Shown one piece after another: positions 53,780 to 64,000 of a stretch of DNA of 64,000 bases. The stretch comes from Mobula hypostoma. Its lineage: Eukaryota. A program made the position numbers and the translations under genes. The stretch lies in assembly GCF_963921235.1 (NCBI RefSeq), contig NC_086097.1:43588001-43652000 (forward strand), read 5' to 3'. The notes beneath the pieces were generated by a model. It saw nothing but the letters and a program-made list of their open reading frames with translations. It was not told the origin of the DNA and did no database searches. Within the stretch, counting starts at the first letter, position 1; every line of letters begins with the position of its first letter.

Positions 53780-56170
53780 AGCCATTTCATATGCAATTCA
53801 TGACTAAATTTGAATCACAGAAGGATGCTCAACAACTGTGGCAGGGCTTGAATGCCATCACCTCTTATAAAGAAAAACCAAGCAATGTAAGTGACAACAA
53901 GGTTTCCCAGACAAGCTCAATGCCTTTTATATTTGCTTTGACTGACAGAACATGGAGGCATCTTCATGAACCCACACAGCCCAACAATCCTGTGATATCA
54001 GTCTCTGGGGCTGATGTGAAAGCATCCTTAAGAAAGAGCAATCCATAGAAAGCACCAAGACCAGAATGAGTGAGTACCTGGCCAAATATCTGTGCTAATC
54101 AACTGGCGGAGAACTTACAAACATCTTCAACCTCTCACTTAGGCAGTGCAAGGTACCCACTAGCTTCAAGCAGGTAGCAATCATACCAGTGCCCAAGAAG
54201 AGTGTGGTAACCTGCCTCACTGACTATCACCCAATAGCACTTACATCGAATGTGATGAAGTGTTTTGAGAGGCTGGTTACAAAGCTCATCAATTCCTGCA
54301 TAAGGAGTGACCTGGATTCACTCCAATTTGCCTACCATCACAACAGGTCAAAAGTAGGTACTATTTAATTGGTCCTTCCCTCATCTGTGTACAAATGGGC
54401 AATGAAGCTGCATATGTCAGAATGTTCTTCATTGATTACAGTTCTGCTCAGTGTTAACACTGTCATCCCTTGAAACTCCAAGACTGGGGCCATGATACCT
54501 CAGTCCGCAACTCGATTTCCTCACTTGCAGACCACAGTCAGTTTGGAATGGCAACAACATCCCCTCCTTAGCCCCCTGCTCTACTCACTTCATACCTATT
54601 TACTGTGTGGCTAAATACAGCTCCAATGTCATAATTAAGTTTGATGATGACTCCACTGTTGTTCATCAGTTAAAGGCAGTGACAAATATGCACATAGGAT
54701 GGAGATTGAGAATCTGGTTCACAAACATGAGAAAATCTACAAATCAACACACAAAATGCAGAAGGAATTCAGTAGGGCAGGTAGTATCTATGGAAGAAAG
54801 TAAACGATCAATGTTTTGGGCCAAGGCCCCTCCTCAGGACTAGGAAAAAAAGATGAGAGGTCAGAGTAAGAAGGTGATGGTGGGGGTGGAGAGAAAGTAG
54901 TACAAGGTGGTAGGTGACATTAAACCGCGAGAGAGGGAGGGGTGCTGGGAAGTTGATTGATGAAAGAGATAAAGGGCTGGAGAAGGAGGAATCTGATAAG
55001 AGGACAGAACGCCATGGAAGAAGGAGGGGAAAGGACACCAGAGGGAAGTGATGGGCAGGTAAGGAGATAAGGTAAAAGAGGGAGAACCAGGAATGGGGAA
55101 TGGTGAGGGGGCAATTACTGGAAGTTTGAGAAATTGACGTTTATGCCATCAGGTTGGAGGCTATCCAGATGGAATACAAGCTGCTGCTCCTCTAACATGA
55201 GGGTGGCCTCATCGCCACAGCAGAGGGGGACATGGACTGACATGTTGGAATGGGAACGGGAAGTAGAATTGAAATGAGAGGCCACTGGGAAATCTTTTTT
55301 TTTCTTTAAAGCAAACAGAGTGCAGGTGTTTCAGGAAGCGATCTCCTAATCTAGTTGTATGGTGGCACAACCACCTCTCACTCAACAAAGCCAGAAGAGC
55401 TAATTATCAACTACAGGAGGAAGAAACCAGAGGTTCATGAACAATGGATAGGGTCAGTAATCACATTCTTTGGCCTTATCATATCAGACTGTCCTGGGAC
55501 CAGCATGCAAGTACCACCATAAAGAAGGCATGACATCGCCTCTACTTTCTGAGAAGGTTGTGTAGATTCGGCATGTCATTTAAAAATGAAAAAACTGTAT
55601 ATTCAAGAGCATTCTAACTGGTTACATCAGCCTGATCGGGACACCAATGCCCAGGAACAGAAAAGTCTACAAAGAGTGGTGGATGCAGCCCAGGTCCATC
55701 ACTGGTAAAGCCCTTACCACCACTGAGCACGTTTACTTGAACGCTGCCACAAGGAAGCAACATCCATCATCAATGACCTCCACCATGAGTCCATAATCTC
55801 TCTCTCTTCTCACTACTACCAATGGGTAGGAGGAGCTTTATTTAGATCTTGCACTACCAGGTGAAGGAACAGTTATCACCCTACAACCATCAAGTTCCTG
55901 AACCGGACTGAATAACTTCACTCACAACGTTGAACTGATTTTACAACCTGACTCAAGGACTCTACAACTCACATTCTCTGTATTTTTTTAAAATTTCCAC
56001 AATTTGTTTTCTTTTGCATATTGGTTGCTTGTCAGTCTGTATATGTATAGCTTTTCATAAATTCTATTATATTAATTTATTTTCTTGTAAATGCCAACAA
56101 GAAAATGAATCTCAAGGTAGTACATGGTGACATCTACTGTATATACTTTAGATAATAAATCACTTTTGAC
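53780..56170 (+). mobile_element. Degenerate Rex1/Babar-like LINE
   Basis: QLWQGLNAITSYK, IPVPKK, DYHPIALTSNVMKCFERLV, LQFAY, KFDDD; 3' aataaa and ttga-type tail. Confidence 0.75.
54720..55347 (-). mobile_element. Older Penelope-like fragment inserted in a Rex1-like LINE
   Basis: TSD aatctggtt (54711-54719) / aatctagtt (55348-55356); same architecture as the other PLE copies. Confidence 0.78.
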
Positions 56171-59069
56171 TTTTAGGTTTACTTCTCTGCCCTTAAAATC
56201 TTCTAGGATTCCTTCATTACTAATGTGGCAAAGTTGAAGGAAACAATGCAAATCTTTCCTTCATTTCTTTTTGCTTCCTATACATGCTTTGGTGTTAAAT
56301 AAATTTGTCAACAAATTTTCACCTGATTGACCATGGAAATCCATGTGCCCGGTTAATATCAAAAATCCATATTCCTTGTTGAGGATACTGTACTAAAAGG
56401 ACTACCTAAGCAAATACATTTCTTGTGCAAAATGTCAATTCTGTAGAACAGTACAAGTGTAATGATTGCAAGATGCAAATCCAACTCCCTTGCCAGAAAT
56501 TGAGTAGTTAGTTTCTGCACATGCACTAGGAACACATCTTAGTTTAATTTGACAATCTATGGCAATAAATATCCAAAACAATGCATTAATTTCCAATTGG
56601 TAATGACTGAAATACTTAAAAGCAAATATAAACAAATTTTTAGTGTGCACTGATTATCATCTATGAAAATTGCTTTCTAACAATTATGGAATAAAGTCTA
56701 TAAAATTAATTTAAAAAGATAACCTTTTTTGCTAGAATCAGCATTTACCTTTTACTATTTGAAACAAAATATTTCTGGAGGATGGCACATTAGGTCAAAG
56801 GTAATTGAGTAATTATATACAGCCAACAAGATGCATGATAAAACATTCTAATCTGGATTGATAATTGTTGTCAAGTTGACAAGTTTAGCTCTGGTCAGTA
56901 CTTCAAAACTTTAAATTTCCAATTGGATTAGCCTATGAAAGTACCACAATAATCTCAAAGCACAGAAATTATAGATATTAGAAGATTAAAGAGTACATTA
57001 CAATAGCCAATGCACCTCAAAAAGTCTTTCATCAATTGAGAGATATTTTAGGATGTCTCAATGCCGCTGTAGGTACAAAATAATGAAAATTCCTTTGTGT
57101 TTCCATATTCAATAAATATGGTAACTTATTACAAAATATCCCTCCAATTAGGACTGGGACTATGAGATCAAAATGTAATTTACCTTATCAGATTAACTGC
57201 TACTTGGCAGTTAAAGATGACAAGATGGTCAGGAAGATTATTCCCATTGATAAGGAATACACCCTATTCCTATTGTTTGAAATAATAATAGTGCTAAAAA
57301 TAGAAGTAGTTTTAAATTATAATGTGATTTTGAATGAACAGATGCAAATACACAAAGTACAAATTTATTAAGTGGAAATCTGAAATAAAATGAACAAGTG
57401 CTGGGAATACTCATCAGGTTAAACAGAATCTGTAAAGAAAAATTTAATTTCAAGTTGATGATTTTTCATCAGAACAAGGAAACATGAGAAAACAAGTACA
57501 TTTTATGTTGCAGAAGAGGGAGGGGTGGAGAGAACAAAGTCTGACAGGATGGAGTCCAAGAGACTGAATGACACAAAAAGGGCTGCTGGCTGTGAGAGAG
57601 TGGTCAAAGCTCGTTAAAAGCCGATGACCTTTCTAAAGGAGGCATAAATACGAGACAAATGATATCACAGAGGAAAAGAAAATAAAGGTTAAACAGAGAT
57701 ATAAAACAGTCATTGCAATTGTGAAAGAGAAGAGTAGAAGCACCTAACAAGTCAAGCAGCATCTGTGGAAATAAAACTTGATTTGATGTTACAGATGGAT
57801 GACGCATCAGCACTGGCTACTTCTGATACAAACTAGAAAAGCTCATTATCAGAAATTATTGAATTCATTGTCAACTGCTGTGGGTTATAATGTGCCTTGA
57901 CAAAATATGGGGTGCTGTTCCTTGAGCCCAATTTGGGTTTTGCTGGAACAATGTTCAATGACAGAGGGAGGTTAGAGTGTGAGTGCACTGGAAAATTAAA
58001 ACGACAGAATTGGAAACTCCAGGTCATTCCTGCAGTCTGAACAGAGGTGCTCAGCAAAGTGATCACCCAATTTCTATTTGGTCTCTCCATGTAACAACCA
58101 TATTGTCTATACTGTGAGCACAGATTGCAGGAGCAGTGAATCACTGTTTCAATTGGAAGAAATGGCAAGATGGAAAAAGAACATCTCTTGTGGTTGTAGG
58201 AGTAAGTGTTTGAGAAGAAGTCTGGGTGTTTGAGTAGATGAAAGACTGAGTCATGAATTTAAGGAATTTTCCCTCTGAAGTGCTGAAAGGGAGGGGAGAT
58301 GCATCTAGTAGTGGCAGCAACATTTAAGGCAGTGGAAATTACTCAGGATGATCCAATCAATATGGAGGCTGACAGCATAAAAGGTGTGAACAAAATCATC
58401 CTATCTCACTTGGGAAAAAAGAGCACATGTTCAGGAAAATGGATGACTTTAAAGGAAAAGGTCAGACATCCTGGAGGATTCATCTGATGTGAAAAGTATT
58501 TTAACCTGAACCGTGGACCTGGATAAACTTGGAGAATGGAATGTGGTTCCACCTTGAAGGAGGATGGAAGTGCTATCAAAATATTTGTAAAGGTTTGTGG
58601 ACTTGGAATGGTATTGGTGTTTAACCTGCTCCCAAGATGAGGGAAGAAAGGGAAATCATGAAAAGGTTAAAGGTAATGAAATACGAGTTCTGCAAACTCA
58701 CGGTTTTCAGAGAGGCCAACAAAAGTAAATAAAACAGTATTTCTGCCACGATTGTTATAATTGTATTAGAGGGGCAACATTTGGAATACCATGTAGTTTT
58801 GGTTCAGTTATTTAAAAGATACATTAGCAACAGAGGCAGTCAAAAAAGATTCACTGAGCCAATTCCTGGCATCAGAAGGTAGTTGAAAAAATTACAGAGA
58901 CTTCCGGTAGCGCTCATGGAGTGAAGTCACGTTCTTGACTCGCTCCATTACCTCTGAGTTTTTTCTCTCTATGGTCAGCTATACTTTAATTAACTATTAA
59001 GGCATCAATTTTTACAATACTTTGAATTAAACTGAATTCTCTGACAATTGGATGATACTGAGATCGGCT

Positions 59070-59951
59070 ATGTCTAAGAACGGGAAAGACGGCAAGGATG
59101 GTAAACCTCCGGTTAAACCGAAAGCTACGGATCTCCCTCCGACTGAATCACCGGTGACTTTGGAAGCTATATCGGAGTTAATTCAGAGGGAAATTTTAAC
59201 CTCTGTTAGGGAGATGATTCGTACAGAAATTATGGGCTCTGTTAAAGACCTGATTCATATGGAAATCTCAACTAAGTTCCAGAAAATTGCCGATTTAATT
59301 GATAAGATGCAAACATGTATTGCGGAACATCAGTCGGCTATATCTGGTCTTCAAAAATCCGCGCAACAAAGTGAGCTTAAGATGGGGAAAGTCGAAGAAA
59401 CAATTAATGTAATGAAGAAGAAACTTGACTTTTTGACTTTTAAAAACTCTGACTTGGAATCTAGAATGCGACGGCAGAATTTACGAATGATTGGTGTCAG
59501 GGAAGCCGTGGAAGCTAACAACCCTATGAAATATTTCTCCCAACTTTTAAAAGATGCATTCCCTACTGTATTTCCTGACCAACCACCGCTACTGGATCGT
59601 GTTCACAGAATCCCATCATACTCGTCTAGGTCAGATAGACCTAGGCATGTTATCTTACGTTTTCATTACTTTCAAGATAAGGAGAGACTGTTTCGATTCG
59701 CTCGATCTAAAGGTTTCATTGATTTTTCGGATCTTAAGTTCCGATTCGTGGAAGATTTCAGTAAACCAATCTGGGACCAACGGGTCCGTTACAGATCCGT
59801 GATGTCGGAATTCTATAAGATGGATTTAAGACCAGCGCTGCTGTACCCTGCACGTCTAAGGATTCGCATGTTAGATGGAGCTCTTCATTTTTTTGATTCT
59901 CCATCGGATGCCCAGAGTTATCTGGATCAACTTTCATCTTCAACATCTTAA
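59070..59951 (+). CDS. L1 ORF1p (coiled coil + RRM + CTD)
   Basis: Motifs DLESRMRRQNLRMIGVRE, LDRVHR, PRHVILRF, EDFS, LLYPARLRI; ATG of MSKNGK at 59070 (alternative ATG at 59052). Confidence 0.9.
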   Translation: MSKNGKDGKDGKPPVKPKATDLPPTESPVTLEAISELIQREILTSVREMIRTEIMGSVKDLIHMEISTKFQKIADLIDKMQTCIAEHQSAISGLQKSAQQSELKMGKVEETINVMKKKLDFLTFKNSDLESRMRRQNLRMIGVREAVEANNPMKYFSQLLKDAFPTVFPDQPPLLDRVHRIPSYSSRSDRPRHVILRFHYFQDKERLFRFARSKGFIDFSDLKFRFVEDFSKPIWDQRVRYRSVMSEFYKMDLRPALLYPARLRIRMLDGALHFFDSPSDAQSYLDQLSSSTS

Positions 59952-60671
59952 TTGCCTTTTTTTAATTTTCTCCGTTGATCGGAGGCTGTGAATTGGTTGG
60001 TTTTAACTTTTCTGTGCCCTATTTGGGCAGAAAAGTTTACTTTCGATTTCTTAATATGGCTGCTAAACTTTCTTTTTAACTGCGTCATTTCTTTCTTTTC
60101 CCAGGGGATTCTGGGTGGTTACTTCCCTTTTGTCATCTTACGTATTTCCTGTGCGGCCTTAAATTTTGTAGTTTTTTTTAAATTTTATTCTGTTTTGCTT
60201 TTTATAATCATTTTATGTTAATAATCCTATTTTTTTTGTTGCTGTGTCTATTCATGAGTTTGAGGTTTATTGTGGTTTTTTTTAATATATACTTTCCGGC
60301 TTTTGTTCTGTTCTGTGTGTATTTTAATTGAGCTAACTTTTTTTTACTTATTTTTTTTACTGTTTTACAATTAGCTGATCCTTTTCATATTTATACCTTT
60401 TTTTTAGGGAGCGTATACCGGAAGTCATGGGGGTAGTTTTAGCGCTTGCTTCTTTCTGGCGGGTCTGCTTTAGATTTCGCCTTGGGGTCCTGGGGTGGGG
60501 GGCGGTGGGAGGGGCTTCACGTTTTAGTTTGTTTCTCTTTGGGCTATATACATTATTGAAGTATTGGTTACGTCCTTTTCCCCGGTATCTTTTGTATGTT
60601 CTGTTTCCTCTCCGGGTCTGTGGGTCGCGCCTATTGTCAATCCTCCTTGTTATGGGTTGACTTTAGGATTT

Positions 60672-63600
60672 ATGGAGTCTATTATTAATTTTGTCTCCTG
60701 GAATACTAATGGTCTTAATCATCCTATTAAAAGGAAAAAAGTTTTTAAAGTGTTCCGGAGACTTAAAGCACAAATTTTATTTTTACAAGAGACCCATGTA
60801 CGGAGGGGGGACAGACTACGTTTTTTCAAATTTTGGAAGGGACAACAATTTCATTCGAACTCCAATGCTAAGATTCGAGGCGTCTCTATTTTTATAGACT
60901 CCTCAGTTACTTTTATACAACAGGATATTATCTCTGATCCGAATGGTAGATTTTTATTGGTTAGTGGTTTATTATTTAATAAAAAAGTAGTTTTGGTTAA
61001 TGTTTATGCTCCTAATATGGATTGTCCGGAATTTTATAAATCATTGTTTGATCAGTTTCCGAATTTGAACGAGTTTTCATTGATTTGGGGCGGAGATCTT
61101 AATACCTGTTTATCTCCAGCTTTGGACCGTTCGGCTCCTTTACGGACTTTACCTAATAAATCTGCAAATTTGATTAATTTTTTCCTTTCTGATTCTGGGT
61201 CGACGGACATTTGGCGTTTTCTGCATCCTCAGGAAAAAGATTTTTCCTTCTTTTCACATGTTCATCATTCCTATTCAAGAATTGATTATTTTTTCATTGA
61301 TTCTCGTCTCATTCCTTCAGTGATTAAATGTGATTATGATTCTATAACCATTTCGGATCATGCTCCACTTAAGCTTTCTATTAAAATTATGGCCAATATA
61401 CCAAACAATAGACAATGGCGTTTTAATTCGCTGTTGCTTCAGGACTCGGACTTTGTTAATTTTATGAATGAACAGATTGAGCTTTTTTTTACAATTAACC
61501 ATACAGAAGATATTTCGGTTAACACTCTTTGGGACACTTTTAAAGCCTATATTCGGGGTCAGATTATTTCGTATTCCGTTGCTTTGAGGAAGAAACAGAA
61601 GCAGGAGGAGATGGTAATTGTGGACAAGATTAAAGAAATTGATAAGAAATATGTTATGGCTCCTTCTGAGGAGCTATACAAACAAAGAACTGAACTTCAA
61701 ATGGAACACAGTTTACTACTCTCGTCCTCGATTGTAAACCAATTAAAGAAAACAAGAAGTGATTTTTATGTTCACAGTGATAAAATTGGCAAGCTGCTGG
61801 CTAATCAATTGAAATCTAATTATGTTAAATCTCAAATCAATCAGATTTATAACCAAAATGATCGATTGATATTGGATCATGTGGGGATTAATCAAACCTT
61901 TTGTGATTTTTATTCTTCTTTATACCAATCAGAGTCTCCTCGAGATTCTAAATATATGAATGATTTTTTAGATAAGTTAGACTTCCCTCTGATTTCACAG
62001 GATATGTCTTCTTTATTAGATACTTCCATTACAATGGATGAGATTAAGAATGTTATTTTTTCTATGAATCTGGGGAAAGCTCCTGGCCCTGATGGGTTTA
62101 CCGTTGAATTTTATAAATGTTTTGCTTCTTTATTGATTCCTTGGCTCTATAAGGTTTTTGAGGCTTCTTTGAAACTTGGTAAACTTCCGGAATCTTTTAA
62201 TAGAGCATCAATTTCTTTAATACTAAAGAAGGATAAAGACCCTGCTCAATGTGCATCTTATAGACCAATATCTTTATTAAATGTTGATTCTAAAGTTTTT
62301 TCTAAGTTATTAGCAAATAGACTAGAAAAAGTACTTCCTTCTATTATTTCGGAAGACCAAACGGGTTTTATTAAAGGTCGTTACTCTTTTTATAATATTC
62401 GTACATTGTTAAATATCGTTTATACTCCCTCACAAAATGTTCCTGAGTGTGTTATTTCTTTAGATGCCGAGAAAGCTTTTGATAGAGTAGAATGGCCTTA
62501 TTTATTTAAGGTGCTTGAAATGTTTAATTTTAGCTTGAAATTTATATCCTGGATTAAACTGTTATATTACTCCCCTGTAGCCTCGGTTCGTACTAACTCC
62601 TTAAACTCACCTTTTTTTCCTCTCTTTCGTGGTACTCGACAAGGCTGTCCTCTTAGTCCCCTATTATTTGATATTGCATTAGAACCTCTTGCAATTGCTA
62701 TTCGAGAATCTTTAAATATTACTGGGATAACTCGGGGATTAAAGTCCCATAAATTATCACTCTATGCTGATGATTTACTTTTATATATTTCTAATCCTGA
62801 GAGATCCATTCCTGCTGTTTTAGAGTTATTAGCACAATTTGGTCTTTTCTCAGGTTATAAATTAAATCTTAGTAAGAGTGAACTTTTTCCGATTAATAAA
62901 CATCTTCCCTTATATTATAAATTTCCATTTAAATTGATTAATAATTACTTTTCATATCTTGGGATTAAAATTACTTGTAAACATAAAGATTTATTTAAGA
63001 CTAACTTTTTACCATTAATAGACCATATTACTCAACTTTCATCTAAATGGTTTCCCTTATATTTAACTTTGATTGGTCGTATTAATGCAGTTAAGATGTT
63101 TTTTTTGCCAAAATTTTTATATGTGTTTCAGGCATTACCAATTTTCGTTCCTAAATCTTTTTTTGATAAAGTTGACTCTAAAATTTCTTCATTTATTTGG
63201 CAGAACAAGAATCCGAGACTGGGTAAAATACATTTACAGAAAGCTAAGAGAGATGGAGGTTTAGCATTACCTAACTTTAGATTTTATTATTGGGCTATTA
63301 ATATTCGACATATGAAATTTTGGTTACTTGACCGGGACATACTATTTATTCCTAAATGGGTAGCATTGGAATTACAATCTGTTCAGGGTTATACACTTGG
63401 TTCTATTTTAGGTTCCTCTCTTCCTTTTGATTCGAAACGTCTTAAGCAGGTCTCTAACCCGATAGTTAAATATGCTTTGCGCATTTGGTTTCAATTCAGA
63501 AAATTTTTTGATCTTAATCAATTCGGGTTAGCGATTCCTATTTTAGGTAACATATTTTTTCCTCCCTCTTTTACGGATCGCGCTTTTCAAACTTGGAAGA

Positions 63601-64000
63601 CTAAGGGTATTTTACGGTTTTTGGATTTATTTTTAGATGGTTCCCTTATGTCTTTTGAACAATTATCTAATAAATATAACTTATCAAGAATACATTTTTT
63701 TAGATATTTACAAGTTAGAAATTTCCTAAGTACTATACTTACTTCCTTTCCAATGCTTCCTCCTATATATATTTTAGATTCGATAATTAACCTTAATCCA
63801 TGTCAGAAAGGTGCATCGGCTATGATTTATAATATTATTATGAAACTTAGGAAAGCTCCATTTGATAAGATTAGGGTAGATTGGGAACAGGAATTGGGGC
63901 TTACCATTTCTGTGGATGATTGGGGGCAGATTTTACAATTAGTTAATACTTCCTCTATTTGTGCTAAACATTCCCTAATTCAATTTAAAGTGGTTCATAG
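60672..64000 (+). CDS. L1 ORF2p (endonuclease + reverse transcriptase), 3'-partial
   Basis: MESIINFVSWNTNGL...FLQETH...NVYAPN...GGDLN...SDH; GKAPGPDG, YRPISLLN, GTRQGCPLSP, YADD at 62763 in frame; last codons CAKHSLIQFKVVH still in the same frame; absent from the ORF track, consistent with no stop before the window end. Confidence 0.9.
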   Translation, partial: MESIINFVSWNTNGLNHPIKRKKVFKVFRRLKAQILFLQETHVRRGDRLRFFKFWKGQQFHSNSNAKIRGVSIFIDSSVTFIQQDIISDPNGRFLLVSGLLFNKKVVLVNVYAPNMDCPEFYKSLFDQFPNLNEFSLIWGGDLNTCLSPALDRSAPLRTLPNKSANLINFFLSDSGSTDIWRFLHPQEKDFSFFSHVHHSYSRIDYFFIDSRLIPSVIKCDYDSITISDHAPLKLSIKIMANIPNNRQWRFNSLLLQDSDFVNFMNEQIELFFTINHTEDISVNTLWDTFKAYIRGQIISYSVALRKKQKQEEMVIVDKIKEIDKKYVMAPSEELYKQRTELQMEHSLLLSSSIVNQLKKTRSDFYVHSDKIGKLLANQLKSNYVKSQINQIYNQNDRLILDHVGINQTFCDFYSSLYQSESPRDSKYMNDFLDKLDFPLISQDMSSLLDTSITMDEIKNVIFSMNLGKAPGPDGFTVEFYKCFASLLIPWLYKVFEASLKLGKLPESFNRASISLILKKDKDPAQCASYRPISLLNVDSKVFSKLLANRLEKVLPSIISEDQTGFIKGRYSFYNIRTLLNIVYTPSQNVPECVISLDAEKAFDRVEWPYLFKVLEMFNFSLKFISWIKLLYYSPVASVRTNSLNSPFFPLFRGTRQGCPLSPLLFDIALEPLAIAIRESLNITGITRGLKSHKLSLYADDLLLYISNPERSIPAVLELLAQFGLFSGYKLNLSKSELFPINKHLPLYYKFPFKLINNYFSYLGIKITCKHKDLFKTNFLPLIDHITQLSSKWFPLYLTLIGRINAVKMFFLPKFLYVFQALPIFVPKSFFDKVDSKISSFIWQNKNPRLGKIHLQKAKRDGGLALPNFRFYYWAINIRHMKFWLLDRDILFIPKWVALELQSVQGYTLGSILGSSLPFDSKRLKQVSNPIVKYALRIWFQFRKFFDLNQFGLAIPILGNIFFPPSFTDRAFQTWKTKGILRFLDLFLDGSLMSFEQLSNKYNLSRIHFFRYLQVRNFLSTILTSFPMLPPIYILDSIINLNPCQKGASAMIYNIIMKLRKAPFDKIRVDWEQELGLTISVDDWGQILQLVNTSSICAKHSLIQFKVVH

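Larger units (their letters stand above)
58897..64000 (+). mobile_element. L1-clade LINE, apparently 5'-complete and intact, truncated by window end
   Basis: 5' GACTTCCGG start, ORF1, ~720-nt spacer, ORF2 with APE endonuclease and RT; lies antisense, presumably in a PPP2R5C intron. Confidence 0.92.

Overview
Vertebrate genomic DNA, probably a cartilaginous fish (inferred from the repeat families; unverified). The minus strand carries two tandem genes. The first is the 5' end of cytoplasmic dynein 1 heavy chain (DYNC1H1): coding exons 1-10 at 15726->1098, 2880 nt in one continuous frame with GT-AG introns, plus a CpG-island promoter. The second is the last two coding exons (47731-47615, 32573-32439) and long 3'UTR of a PP2A B56 subunit, most likely PPP2R5C. 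The rest is dense with transposable elements: CR1 and Rex1/Babar-like LINEs, Penelope-like elements (PLE), Tc1 and Buster-type hAT transposons, MITEs, tRNA-derived SINEs, a solo LTR, and an apparently intact L1-clade element running off the window end. The most notable items are minimal hammerhead-ribozyme motifs in PLE ends, a perfect 84-bp foldback with symmetric mutations, the intact T-rich L1, and a four-level TE nest with readable target-site duplications (TSDs). I see no convincing evidence for a wholly new biological system; the interesting signals belong to known element classes.
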